Shown here piece after piece: positions 29,728 through 38,964 of a stretch of 64,000 bases of DNA. Below the pieces are notes generated by a model. It ran no database searches, was not told the origin of the DNA, and saw only the letters and a list, made by a program, of their open reading frames with translations. Within the stretch, counting starts at the first letter, position 1, and every line of letters starts with the position of its first letter. Source of the DNA: Pseudobacteriovorax antillogorgiicola (GTDB lineage Bacteria > Bdellovibrionota_B > Oligoflexia > Oligoflexales > RGVZ01); the NCBI GenBank assembly GCA_945898195.1, contig CAMDHM010000002.1:1-64000 (forward strand), written 5' to 3'. The translations under genes were made by a program, and so were the position numbers.

Positions 29728-30531
29728 ATGAAAAAGCACGGCCCCTTTGCTATTGCCGCCTTTATTTTAGTTGCAGGCGTGGCAGCTCCATCGGCGCAGG
29801 GCAAACCATGGATATCTACCGCCGACGGGGTTGAGGTTAACTGGGCGAGGCTTACGGCTCGTTTTGAAGGCATCGCCGTGTCTGGGCTGGCCGATCGCGA
29901 GGGACTCAAGGGTCTTGAGCGCACGGCCTGGCGCAATGGCTACGAGAAGGCTGGGCCGGCGCTGGACCGCATCTTAAAGGATCAGTACACCGTCCTTGGA
30001 ATGCAAGATCATTGGCAGGCTGCCGGGGACGAGTCCTTGGCCAACGCCCGCGACGAAGTAAAAAAATCTGTGAAGTCGCTGAATGCGACATTTTTTGCGT
30101 CCGGCGCGATCGAAGTTTCGATGGAGGCGGCCCTTCAAGCTGGTTTTGCCAACGCCCTAAAGAAGGCCGGCGCTGGCGGGGCAAAGGTAAGTCAGTCGGA
30201 AGTTTCAGGTGGCGGTTTAGTTTTAAAACTTCCCGCCTCGGCCGGCCCATCGGTGGCTTTTTGGCTTATCGATTCGTCGGGGAAGGTCCTATTTGAGCCG
30301 AGCAAGGCTTCTGGATTGGCTTTGGCGCAGGGCTCAATGGGGCGCTGGTTCCGTGGTGAAATTGACCAGGAAGTATCTGTAATTATTGGCAAAGATCATG
30401 AAGTTATGAAGGTCTCGGAGGTTCGTGGAGGCAACCGATTTGTCGTCGACCCCACGCAGTTCGCGGCCCTCCGCGAAAACACCTTGAAGGCCCTGGTGGA
30501 TGGCAAGGTTGCCTTGGTCGGACCGAGGTAG
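29728..30531 (+). CDS. secreted hypothetical protein (268 aa)
   Basis: Start at the ATG with a GGGAG SD, giving signal peptide MKKHGPFAIAAFILVAGVAAPSAQG. The track ORF's N-terminal extension would overlap suhB. Confidence 0.5.
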   Translation: MKKHGPFAIAAFILVAGVAAPSAQGKPWISTADGVEVNWARLTARFEGIAVSGLADREGLKGLERTAWRNGYEKAGPALDRILKDQYTVLGMQDHWQAAGDESLANARDEVKKSVKSLNATFFASGAIEVSMEAALQAGFANALKKAGAGGAKVSQSEVSGGGLVLKLPASAGPSVAFWLIDSSGKVLFEPSKASGLALAQGSMGRWFRGEIDQEVSVIIGKDHEVMKVSEVRGGNRFVVDPTQFAALRENTLKALVDGKVALVGPR

Positions 30532-30623
30532 TTCTAAAATTAGATACTTTTTCATTTGCACACGGCATGAGCACGTGTTAAATCCCTCCGTCCTTCAGAA
30601 AAGAAGCGGTAGGGGTTTTTTTT

Positions 30624-30821
30624 ATGCCCAAAATGAAGACGAAAAAATCAGCTGCGAAACGGTTCACGATCCTTTCTTCGGGAAAGATCAAACGCAGCAA
30701 GTGCAACAAGCGTCACATCCTGACTAAGAAGGATCGTGCACGCAAAAACAAGCTTAAGAAGACAGGTTTCGTTCATCCTTCGGACGTCGGTTTGGTGATT
30801 CGTTGTCTGCCAAACGGCTAA
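30624..30821 (+). CDS. rpmI: 50S ribosomal protein L35
   Basis: 65 aa. MPKMKTKKSAAKRF… is the typical L35 sequence. Confidence 0.9.
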   Translation: MPKMKTKKSAAKRFTILSSGKIKRSKCNKRHILTKKDRARKNKLKKTGFVHPSDVGLVIRCLPNG

Positions 30822-30852
30822 TGATTTAGTGATTTAAAGCAGGTGTTTTGTC

Positions 30853-31221
30853 ATGGCTCGTGCAAAAAGAGGTTTTAAAGCCCGCCGGCGTCGCAAGAAG
30901 TTGCTGTCCCTTGCGAGCGGCTTTCGTGGAACGAGGAAGAACTGCTACGGTACAGCGGTTCATGTGGTGCGTCGCGCACTCAAGTACAGCTACCGGGATC
31001 GTCGCGTTAAGAAGCGCGAATTCCGTAGTCTGTGGATCATCCGGATTAATGCCGCAGCTCGCGCTGCTGGCATGAAGTACTCGGAGTTGATGCATGGCCT
31101 TCGCTTGAAGGGCATTACACTTGACCGAAGTGTTCTTGCAGATATGGCTCTTCTTGATGAGCCAGCTTTTGCAGCGCTGGTCAAGGAAGCTAAGTCGGCT
31201 TTGCCGGCTGCAGCTCATTAG
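30853..31221 (+). CDS. rplT: 50S ribosomal protein L20
   Basis: 122 aa. [16 protein letters not shown]… is the typical L20 sequence. Confidence 0.9.
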   Translation: MARAKRGFKARRRRKKLLSLASGFRGTRKNCYGTAVHVVRRALKYSYRDRRVKKREFRSLWIIRINAAARAAGMKYSELMHGLRLKGITLDRSVLADMALLDEPAFAALVKEAKSALPAAAH

Positions 31222-31242
31222 GTTTTCCTGATTTGTCTAAAA

Positions 31243-31277
31243 GGCCCGCTCCTTATAACATAGGTGCGGGTTTTTTC
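31243..31277 (+). terminator. probable intrinsic terminator after rplT
   Basis: GGCCCGC…GCGGG stem followed by TTTTTT. The stem is imperfect. Confidence 0.45.
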
Positions 31278-31281
31278 GTGT

Positions 31282-31364
31282 GGGGACGTGGTGGAATGGT
31301 AGACACGCTGGTCTTAGAAGCCAGTGCCTTTGGCGTGAGAGTTCAAGTCTCTCCGTCCCCACCA
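31282..31364 (+). tRNA. tRNA-Leu (anticodon TAG), class II with long variable arm
   Basis: Acceptor GGGGACG/CGTCCCC followed by A-CCA. Anticodon stem CTGGT/GCCAG with loop CTTAGAA. Long variable arm. T-arm GAGAG-TTCAAGT-CTCTC. Confidence 0.75.
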
Positions 31365-32110
31365 CTTTCGGCCCTCGTGCGCACCGAGATGCGAATCTGG
31401 CATGCCCCCACGGTAATGATGTCCTGACTGGTCACAGGCTGTAGGCTGCTGATTTTTTTTCCGTTAATGAACGATCCGTTCATCGATCCCTGATCTTCAA
31501 TAAAAATATCTCCCGTGTCGTTTACCTTCACCAAAAGATGCTTTCTCGAAATTTCTTGGTCGGCCTCAAACCGTCCGAAGTGTGAAGCCCGTCCGATGAA
31601 GAAATGCTTTTGGCGCAGTGGGATCTCTTCGCTGCGGCCGTCGCCATATTTTACTTGTAGGACAACGTAATGGCTCTGGGTCTGTCGAAGTTCCGACTCA
31701 ATCAAGCTATCCACTAGGCTGGATTTTGGATCATCGAATTCTTTAGAGTTGGCTTTGTACTGTGTGGAAATGTGGCGTGTGCGCCGCTCGTCTTCCAGTG
31801 CGAAGCGCATCGAGGTTTTCCCAATCCTGATCTGATCGCCGTTTTGTAGTTTGGACTTCACAATCCTGTTTTCGTTTACAAAGGTTCCGTTCGTACTGTT
31901 CATGTCAAAGATGTGGTAGATCCCGCCAATATTTTGAATCTGGCAATGGGTTGAGGAGACTTCAGCATCATTGATGATGACGTCACCCTTTTCACGGCCG
32001 AAAATCGTCGCATCGCGACGGATTTTTATCGCTTCCGGAGATAGCCCCTCGCGCGTGACGTATAATACGGCGCGGTTCTCGCTCGCTTGTTTTGACTTGT
32101 CTAGGCTCAT
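31343..32110 (-). CDS. tandem FHA-domain protein
   Basis: 255 aa with two FHA domains (…IFGREKGDVIINDAEVSSTHCQI…STNGTFVN… and …FFIGRASHFGRFEADQEISRKHLLV…SMNGSFING…). Its last 22 nt overlap the tRNA-Leu 3' end on the opposite strand. Confidence 0.7.
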   Translation of the reverse strand: MSLDKSKQASENRAVLYVTREGLSPEAIKIRRDATIFGREKGDVIINDAEVSSTHCQIQNIGGIYHIFDMNSTNGTFVNENRIVKSKLQNGDQIRIGKTSMRFALEDERRTRHISTQYKANSKEFDDPKSSLVDSLIESELRQTQSHYVVLQVKYGDGRSEEIPLRQKHFFIGRASHFGRFEADQEISRKHLLVKVNDTGDIFIEDQGSMNGSFINGKKISSLQPVTSQDIITVGACQIRISVRTRAESGGDGET

Positions 32111-32258
32111 GTTCCAAAATTCCTACAGTTAGGCTTGGATTATTTCGGCATGATGCAGTTATTATTTGAGTTCACAGCTTTTGTTCGAACCATAATCTCG
32201 GGAACTTTCAGGGGCCATTTCGGGTCCTTGGCGGCAGTTAAACGAGAAGGGAGTCAAG

Positions 32259-32540
32259 ATGAACGACACAAAATCAGGCTTTTCTGACAAAGAGGTTGAA
32301 TTTTCAGAACTGGTTTTAGGGCTTTCATCGGCCGCCCTTCACTACCTCGGCGAGGGTCCTGGGGGTGAAGCGAAATCCAATGCCAAAAATGCGAACATGG
32401 CTCTAGCAAGACAAAATATCGACATTATCAGGATGCTGAAGGCCAAGACCGCGGGAAATCTTTCGGTCGAGGAGACGAAGTTGATCGAGGCGATCCTCAC
32501 GGATCTGATGTTGAAATTTCATCACGCCAGCGGCATCTGA
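32259..32540 (+). CDS. small conserved hypothetical protein (DUF1844-like)
   Basis: 93 aa. 'FSELVLGLSSAALHYLGE…NMALARQNIDIIRMLKAKTAGNLSVEE…' resembles the DUF1844 family as I recall it. That identification is from memory only. Confidence 0.5.
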   Translation: MNDTKSGFSDKEVEFSELVLGLSSAALHYLGEGPGGEAKSNAKNANMALARQNIDIIRMLKAKTAGNLSVEETKLIEAILTDLMLKFHHASGI

Positions 32541-32542
32541 GA

Positions 32543-33331
32543 TTACTCCGTGGGCTCTTTTTCCGTTTTCGCCGAGTCTCTCTGGATGGTGAGTTTGGTG
32601 GCGATAGGAAGTTCTTTTGAATCTTTGGCTAAGGCTAGAATTTTAAAAATTCCATAGCCCCCTTTGGATATTTGCAGTTCTAGCAGGCTGATGCCGGATC
32701 TTTTTTTGTCGAGCAGCGCCATATGTGATTCTGAACCCCGGATTGCGAGGGCTTGAATTTTTTCCCGGCTCAGGGTTGAAGCAGGCCCGCCAACAATCAC
32801 GTAGGGGCCTTTCCGAGCAAGAATAATACCGTCATATCCGAGGCATTGGTAAATCCAAGTCAGAATTGAGTTCGGCGATTTATCGCCCTTATAAGGCATC
32901 ACAGGGCCAATCTTGCGAAGCCGTTTTCCGTCATTTGTATAAAGAATCGGCGTCTTGCCTTTGACTCCCGCAAAGATGACATTTGCGCTGTAGGTGCTCG
33001 CAAGGGATTCCTGTCGAGCTTTGGATGGTTTTGCCCCAGAGTCTTGATTCAATTTTGAAGAGAGTTTGGCGCTGGACTCATCGATAAAGAAAAGCGGCGA
33101 AATCTTTTCAATGGCCAAGCCATCGGAGAGGTAATTTTTCTCTGGGCTGACCTCAATTCCTGCCTCGAGCAGGAGCACACGTCGTGGGACTTCTGCCATA
33201 GGCAGTGCGCTGTCACGGACCTCAGCAATCCATGCGTTAATATCAGGCAAGGGCTCTTCAGTTCTGGCCAGAACTGGCGAAGCCATCCAAAGTCCAAGAA
33301 ATCCGAGCCAAAGAAACTTTTCAAAGTCCAT
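32543..33331 (-). CDS. secreted hypothetical protein (262 aa)
   Basis: Start moved to the ATG at 33331, giving signal peptide MDFEKFLWLGFLGLWMASPVLA. The track ORF would overlap the upstream gene by 119 bp. Confidence 0.5.
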   Translation of the reverse strand: MDFEKFLWLGFLGLWMASPVLARTEEPLPDINAWIAEVRDSALPMAEVPRRVLLLEAGIEVSPEKNYLSDGLAIEKISPLFFIDESSAKLSSKLNQDSGAKPSKARQESLASTYSANVIFAGVKGKTPILYTNDGKRLRKIGPVMPYKGDKSPNSILTWIYQCLGYDGIILARKGPYVIVGGPASTLSREKIQALAIRGSESHMALLDKKRSGISLLELQISKGGYGIFKILALAKDSKELPIATKLTIQRDSAKTEKEPTE

Positions 33332-33377
33332 TAGGGGCGCCGTTTTTATTTGTTTTTGCACATCTATTCCTCGCCGG

Positions 33378-35114
33378 TTACCAGTTGAGCACAATTCCAA
33401 ACCCCATGAATGCAGAGCGCAGCTGAAGTGCAGAGACAGCCACGTCACCTGCTGCAAGGTCCACTTGGTGAAGATCCTCAATGGTGAGGCTTTCATAGGC
33501 GCCGAAGGCCAAAAAGTTTAGAACGTAGTCCATTCCAAAAGTTTTGAAATTAATTCCGGAGTTCCAAAATAAATCAGCACCTACGCGTTCGGCCGAAACC
33601 GCGCTGCTGCCAAGGATAGGTAAAAAGCTGATGGCCCGATCCAAGGCATACCATCCTCGGGCCGTGTAGTGTTTGGAGGCGCGTTCTGCGGAGATCTCCA
33701 ACGAAAAACTCGGCTGGTTTCGGATTTCAAATTTTTGAGTCGAAATAACGGTACCGCTGGCGTCGCTCTCAATGGGCTGATTTGAAGTTAAGTAATAGCG
33801 CCCTAGCTTTGGCGTGAGCTCAAGTCTGTTAATAAAGTAAGGAATTTTGAACGAAAAAGATTTCCCCAAGACCAGTCGTGTCCATTCCAGGTCGACTGTT
33901 TTCTGGCCGGATGTATAGGCCGTTTTAGGGAATTTATCGTAATAAAACTTTATTCCGTTCAAGGGTCCTGAGCGCACCTCGACAAGGAGCCCATACATGC
34001 GTCCATTTTCTAGGAGTTTATCCCCTTTCAGCAGCTGAGTACCATAGCGCAGGCCAACATAACCCGACGCTGCGGTTTGGAATAAAAGGTCCGAAATGGA
34101 ATCATACCCTTTGGAAAAAAGATTCTTTAGAAGTCCTGAACGAGCGGCGGAGATGAGTCGTTGGTGAGCCTCGGCGATGGCCGGTTTCAGGGTCGTATTC
34201 TGCCCTCCAGACCCTTGTGGTGAATGAAGCCAGACCCGCGACGAGCCGTCGTCACTATCCTTGAATTTTTGATCAACGGAATATTTTGCTGTTGGGACGA
34301 AGGTTGCGCGAGCAGAACTTCCTGTGCCAACGATTACTTTTATTTTTTCAACGTTGATTAGTTTTGCATCCCCCAAGTGAGCGGCAAAGAGTCGCCCTGA
34401 AGCAGCGTCTTGTTCGAGGCGGTAAAAAGTCAGTGTTTGGAGTGGGTCGAGCCGATCAAATTTTTTAGTTTTGAATCGTTGTTCTTTGTACTCTGCAAGG
34501 CTGAGTACACCGTCTTTCAGTGATAATCTTGAACGATCCATGCGACCAAGTGCCGGTCCGAAATCAAGTAGGGAATAGGCAATCAAACTGGCAAATTCCT
34601 GGTCCGAAAGGAATGCAGCGCTCCATTCAGTAAGAGGAATCGACACCGTGGGCTCAGATTTTACTTTCGATTTAGCTTTACCTGGCATGCCAAGAAGGAA
34701 GGCAATCGTGTCTCCCGCCTTGGTGATGTCGACGATAATTTTAAAGTCATTAGCGTTGGGTGTGCCGGCGGAGGCCACAGCCCTTTCCCCCACCTTGCAG
34801 GAGGTGGATGACGCGGGCCCGGACTCCCAAAGTGATTTGCCTTCGCTAAAAACACTGACAAGGTTGGTACAAGCAGCATCCCACCCCTGTTTTTTCTTGG
34901 GAAATGCCCCCGCTAATTCCGGCGCGACACGGATTTCGATGGCGACGGAGTAGATGGGCGTGATTGTTCTGACGGTCGCTGCGGCGGGAGTGGACTCATC
35001 CTCGGCGACCGCTGCGTTCGCTTTGAAAGTACCCGTTTGAAACATAAAACAGATTGCCGCCAAGGCTAGAGGACCTCGGACTTGATTCAGTTTTTTGAAG
35101 CGCGTTTTTGCCAT
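33378..35114 (-). CDS. secreted protein, probable outer-membrane beta-barrel (578 aa)
   Basis: Signal peptide (…FQTGTFKANA). Extensive amphipathic beta character. C-terminus …GFGIVLNW with a terminal aromatic. Confidence 0.5.
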   Translation of the reverse strand: MAKTRFKKLNQVRGPLALAAICFMFQTGTFKANAAVAEDESTPAAATVRTITPIYSVAIEIRVAPELAGAFPKKKQGWDAACTNLVSVFSEGKSLWESGPASSTSCKVGERAVASAGTPNANDFKIIVDITKAGDTIAFLLGMPGKAKSKVKSEPTVSIPLTEWSAAFLSDQEFASLIAYSLLDFGPALGRMDRSRLSLKDGVLSLAEYKEQRFKTKKFDRLDPLQTLTFYRLEQDAASGRLFAAHLGDAKLINVEKIKVIVGTGSSARATFVPTAKYSVDQKFKDSDDGSSRVWLHSPQGSGGQNTTLKPAIAEAHQRLISAARSGLLKNLFSKGYDSISDLLFQTAASGYVGLRYGTQLLKGDKLLENGRMYGLLVEVRSGPLNGIKFYYDKFPKTAYTSGQKTVDLEWTRLVLGKSFSFKIPYFINRLELTPKLGRYYLTSNQPIESDASGTVISTQKFEIRNQPSFSLEISAERASKHYTARGWYALDRAISFLPILGSSAVSAERVGADLFWNSGINFKTFGMDYVLNFLAFGAYESLTIEDLHQVDLAAGDVAVSALQLRSAFMGFGIVLNW

Positions 35115-35118
35115 AAAC

Positions 35119-36699
35119 CTACCTATAACTGTTTATTTTCACTTGCCTGGTAAAAAATGCACTCGAGTTCCGCCTGACAAAGGATGCCACGGAAGGATGT
35201 TTGCGAACAAATTCAGCGTTTACTTGAAATAGGTTTTGGTCTTGAAACACGAAAATACTTTTTCCACTCTGAACGGATGCAGCAACCAGCGCTTGAATCT
35301 CATTGATGGAATATTTTTTCGCACTGACCAACGCGTCGGCTGGACCGGTAAAGACAAAGTCACCCTCAAGCAATTCGCGAACTCGGTCGGATGCGGCATT
35401 ATTCAGTCCGGCGCCGCTAATTTGGGCGATCACCTCTTGGTCCTTCACGACAAAGGTTCCCGCAGGTCCGATCGCCGCCGGAGCGCTGAAGCCACTGCTG
35501 GGGGCCGAGCGCAAGATGGCAAGGATGGGTTTGATGACACCCGCCTTGACTGTGGTTATGACCAACGGGAATTTGTTTGGGTCGTCGGCTGTTTTGCCAG
35601 CTAGCCATGGCCCGCTAATAGGTCGCTCCTGTAGGTCCTTGAGTCCGATGGCCGCACTGGCAGATTGGCCTAAGGGGTTAAGTGATCCAATGAGCACGGG
35701 TCCAATACCTGCAATTCGCTTCACGGACGAGCCATCGCCCAGAAGAAGGGATACGTCAAAGGCATGAACAGAGGCTCCGCTGAGGTTCGTCGATTTGCTG
35801 GTGTCGATCAGTGTGCCCATGGCGATTTTTCCGGCATATGTATTGGGCTGACCTGTTGCAGCTAGGGCAACGAGGGTGGCCTTGCCTTTCGTGGGGGGAC
35901 GAAGTTCAAGGGATAGGCTGGTTGGGGTAAGGTTTGATTTGAGGTTTACCACGATGTCCATTTGAGTTGTGGAGATCGAACTCAGACTGGCGACCGTCCA
36001 AAGGGTCGTACCGGCCTTCGGAGACACGAGGGAGGCCGTGGCGTCAATTTTTGGCTGCGGCTTAGGCGTTGGCATTGGCGTGGGAGTCGGAGTCGCCACG
36101 GCAGCCAAGGCCTGTTGAATGATTTTAGTGGTCTCAACAGCCTCGAGTTTTGTAAGGGTTGTCGTCTTTCCTGTTTTGATGTCTTTTTTTACGACCTCGG
36201 AGACGCCCGCCGCTCCCGTGCTTTTTGCAATTACAGATTCACCTGCACTAACTGTAATGGCTCCGTTTCCTGTCAGTAGGATGACTGGCCTGGAATCCGA
36301 GTTGGCCAGGGCCACTTCTGTCTGGCCTGAGCGTGTTGCGTCGATAAGAATCGTTGGACTCGAGACGGCATCCTCAAGGGAAGATACCGTAATGCGCGAG
36401 TTGGCAAGGCAGTCGGCCGTCCTTCCCGAATGAAAATTGATGGATGCCAGAGATGACGGGCCGGTCACGATTTGGTCGCCGTCGGAGAGTGTTACGCCAG
36501 TGGTCACTGGTCTGAAATCTAAATCACCTGACTTTACTTGGACGTTGCCTTCCATCTTTGAGATCCATCCAATTTTAGAGTCAGACTGAAAGCCGTAGAA
36601 ATCAAAGCGCCGGACCGTGCCTATTGCGGCAACTGCAGCAATAAGCACAACCGTCAGTGCGATTAAAATCCTAGCGGGAAAGCTGAATCTAGCGGTCAT
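35119..36699 (-). CDS. membrane-anchored FecR-like domain protein with Thr/Pro-rich linker
   Basis: N-terminal TM helix. FecR-like segment (…GWISKMEGNVQVKSGDLDFRPVTTGVTLSDGDQIVTGPSSLASINF…). TPTPTPMPTPKPQPK linker. 526 aa. Confidence 0.5.
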   Translation of the reverse strand: MTARFSFPARILIALTVVLIAAVAAIGTVRRFDFYGFQSDSKIGWISKMEGNVQVKSGDLDFRPVTTGVTLSDGDQIVTGPSSLASINFHSGRTADCLANSRITVSSLEDAVSSPTILIDATRSGQTEVALANSDSRPVILLTGNGAITVSAGESVIAKSTGAAGVSEVVKKDIKTGKTTTLTKLEAVETTKIIQQALAAVATPTPTPMPTPKPQPKIDATASLVSPKAGTTLWTVASLSSISTTQMDIVVNLKSNLTPTSLSLELRPPTKGKATLVALAATGQPNTYAGKIAMGTLIDTSKSTNLSGASVHAFDVSLLLGDGSSVKRIAGIGPVLIGSLNPLGQSASAAIGLKDLQERPISGPWLAGKTADDPNKFPLVITTVKAGVIKPILAILRSAPSSGFSAPAAIGPAGTFVVKDQEVIAQISGAGLNNAASDRVRELLEGDFVFTGPADALVSAKKYSINEIQALVAASVQSGKSIFVFQDQNLFQVNAEFVRKHPSVASFVRRNSSAFFTRQVKINSYR

Positions 36700-36837
36700 A
36701 AAGTTGTCCTGTCTCCTAATTCTCTAAGGCATGATGGTGGTGTCGGAAGCCGGCGCAATAACTTGATTTTATCTTTCTGCCCCTAAAGCCCTGGGCCAAT
36801 TGACCGATGCCCAAGATAGCTAGAGGGGGTTCAACCG

Positions 36838-38964
36838 ATGGCGGGCAGTTCCAAGGTCCCGTTTACTAAATCACTGAGGGCTCGATTTGCGGTCGTGATC
36901 GCATTCGTTGCGACCTTCGCTATTTTGGTGATTTCCTCGGTTTTCAGCTCTCGTTTCGAGGGCTTCCTGAGAAGCGGCATCAGGGATGAATTGACCGGAA
37001 ACGCCGAGAAGGCTGCCGATGCCGTCGGAGCTTCCGTAAAAACTCAAGTGGGTCAGCTGACAACCTTTGCAGCACCCTTGCTTCTGGCCGATTCGGCCAA
37101 GCAGAAGGTAAGTTTTTCAGCGTTTTTGCAGGGATTTCACGAATTTCTTACCCTTTCAACATTTCGCTACGATCCCGTCCGGAAGGAATTTCTGGCGACG
37201 GTTTCAAGTGATCTTCCTGACTTTCAAAAACAAGACGCTCTTTTTAGAGGCGGTGATTCATCTGAAATGCATAACGCATTGATTGCATTGGAACGTCGAG
37301 AGGTTGAGCATTTTGCCCGAGAGGAGTCACCGGAGGAGGCTGGGCAGCCGTCCTTTCGTTTTGTAAGTTTGGCCCGAGAATCTCGCCTTCCCGTTTTTAC
37401 GATCCTCGTTAAATATCCTCCCGAAAAAAAGGGTAGTCGGAATTTTTCGATGGTGGCCACGTCAATCTGGCTGACGTCGTTGATGGTGGCCCTGCCGAAA
37501 ACAGCTGCTTTAGAGACCAGCATCGTCGATCGATCTGGAACGGTTGTGGGTTCAACGGTGGTCCGTGATGTACTGAGTGCTCGTTCGTATGCGGGATTAC
37601 CCGTGGTCCGTACGGCGATCGCATCGGTACAGCCAAGCGGCTTCTACGAGCGGTCGACCGAGGGTAAATTTGCTTCGCGTCTGCCGCCGCTGCTCAGAGA
37701 CCTTTTCCCCAAAGAGCAATCTTATACCTTCAAAGGAAAACGTGCGCTTGATTGGGTTGGGGCCTTTGCGCGGGTCCAGAAACAAGGAATAGGGATGGAT
37801 CAGCATTGGGTTGTTGTGCAAAAGAGGGCGGATGCCGTCTTCGGTGTTCTAAAAAAATCTCAGCTGGATACCTTTCTTGCGGCTCTATTTGTGGTGATCG
37901 GTGCCGTTGCCGTTGGCGTGATCTGGGCCGGAGAAAGTACGGCGCAGTTGAGTAAAGTTTATCACGCGACAGGTGAGATTGCGTCGGGCCGTTTTGACAC
38001 GAGGATTGAGGGTCGAACGGATGATGAAATTGGGCAAATTGCGGGAGCAGTAAATCAGATGGCCTCTGATTTGAGGGAGCAGGTTGATTTAAAGGCCGAG
38101 AAGGGGCGCCTCATGCAGGAGGCCAACACGGCTCGTACGGTTCAAGAGACTTTTTTTCCGGCCGGGACTATTTCCGTCAAAAATCTTGTCATGACTGGCA
38201 GCTACCAGCCCGCAACCGAATGCGGAGGGGACCTATGGGGGCACTTCACGGTCCGCCCAGGGGTTGAACTCGTCTACATTGCTGATGCAATGGGACACGG
38301 CGCTTCCGCAGCAATCATGACGGCGATGGCCTATACGGCATGCAATTTAATTTCAGATATCATCAAGGACACGGCGATCTTCAATGACTCTCCCGCACAA
38401 CTGCTGACCAGAATGAACAACGTTATTTTCGGCGCTGTTAAGGGAAAGATCAGCATGACCTGTTTTGCGATTCTCTATGATTTCAACAAGGGAGAGATGG
38501 TCTATTCAAATGCCGGCCATAATTTTCCATTTGTCATGTTTCAGATGGCTGAGGGATCTCAAAAGCCTGGGACACCTCAGTCGCTTTCGCTGAGTGGCAA
38601 CCCGCTTGGTGTGGACGGCGAAAGTGTTTTTACGGATAAGAAACGCCCCCTCAGTCCTGGCGAACGCCTCGTATTATTTACCGACGGGCTCATTGAATGC
38701 CGTTCACCGGGCGGACAGATGTGGGGGCGCAAGGCCTTGAGTGCCAGCATGCAGTCGGGACACGCCGCAAACTCGGTAGAGGAATTGCGCGATAGTATTG
38801 TGGGCAAGGCATTTTCTTTTTTTGGGAATATCCCGATTGCCGATGACGTCACCTTGGTTGTCGCCGAGGTTGACCGAGCTTGGGTGGCTGGCGCTGTAGG
38901 CCCACCTAAAATACAAACGCCGGAGCAGGTGGAACCACCGATGACTCATTTGGCGGTGTCGTGA
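36838..38964 (+). CDS. membrane sensor PP2C-family Ser/Thr phosphatase (HAMP + SpoIIE/RsbU-like)
   Basis: TM helices bracketing a ~300-aa periplasmic region. HAMP-like segment (…IASGRFDTRIEGRTDDEIGQIAGAVNQMASDLR…). PP2C motifs (…GGDLWGHF…IADAMGHGASAA…LVLFTDGLIE…). The stop overlaps the clpB start (ATGA). Confidence 0.75.
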   Translation: MAGSSKVPFTKSLRARFAVVIAFVATFAILVISSVFSSRFEGFLRSGIRDELTGNAEKAADAVGASVKTQVGQLTTFAAPLLLADSAKQKVSFSAFLQGFHEFLTLSTFRYDPVRKEFLATVSSDLPDFQKQDALFRGGDSSEMHNALIALERREVEHFAREESPEEAGQPSFRFVSLARESRLPVFTILVKYPPEKKGSRNFSMVATSIWLTSLMVALPKTAALETSIVDRSGTVVGSTVVRDVLSARSYAGLPVVRTAIASVQPSGFYERSTEGKFASRLPPLLRDLFPKEQSYTFKGKRALDWVGAFARVQKQGIGMDQHWVVVQKRADAVFGVLKKSQLDTFLAALFVVIGAVAVGVIWAGESTAQLSKVYHATGEIASGRFDTRIEGRTDDEIGQIAGAVNQMASDLREQVDLKAEKGRLMQEANTARTVQETFFPAGTISVKNLVMTGSYQPATECGGDLWGHFTVRPGVELVYIADAMGHGASAAIMTAMAYTACNLISDIIKDTAIFNDSPAQLLTRMNNVIFGAVKGKISMTCFAILYDFNKGEMVYSNAGHNFPFVMFQMAEGSQKPGTPQSLSLSGNPLGVDGESVFTDKKRPLSPGERLVLFTDGLIECRSPGGQMWGRKALSASMQSGHAANSVEELRDSIVGKAFSFFGNIPIADDVTLVVAEVDRAWVAGAVGPPKIQTPEQVEPPMTHLAVS

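Noticed and set aside
36790-36837. Sigma-28 (FliA)-like promoter upstream of the PP2C phosphatase gene (CTAAAGccc-N11-ACCGATGC)
   Set aside because: The spacing fits TAAAGTTT-N11-GCCGATAA, but only 5 of 8 positions of the -10 element and 5 of 8 of the -35 element match. That is too weak to call without a genome-wide motif model.
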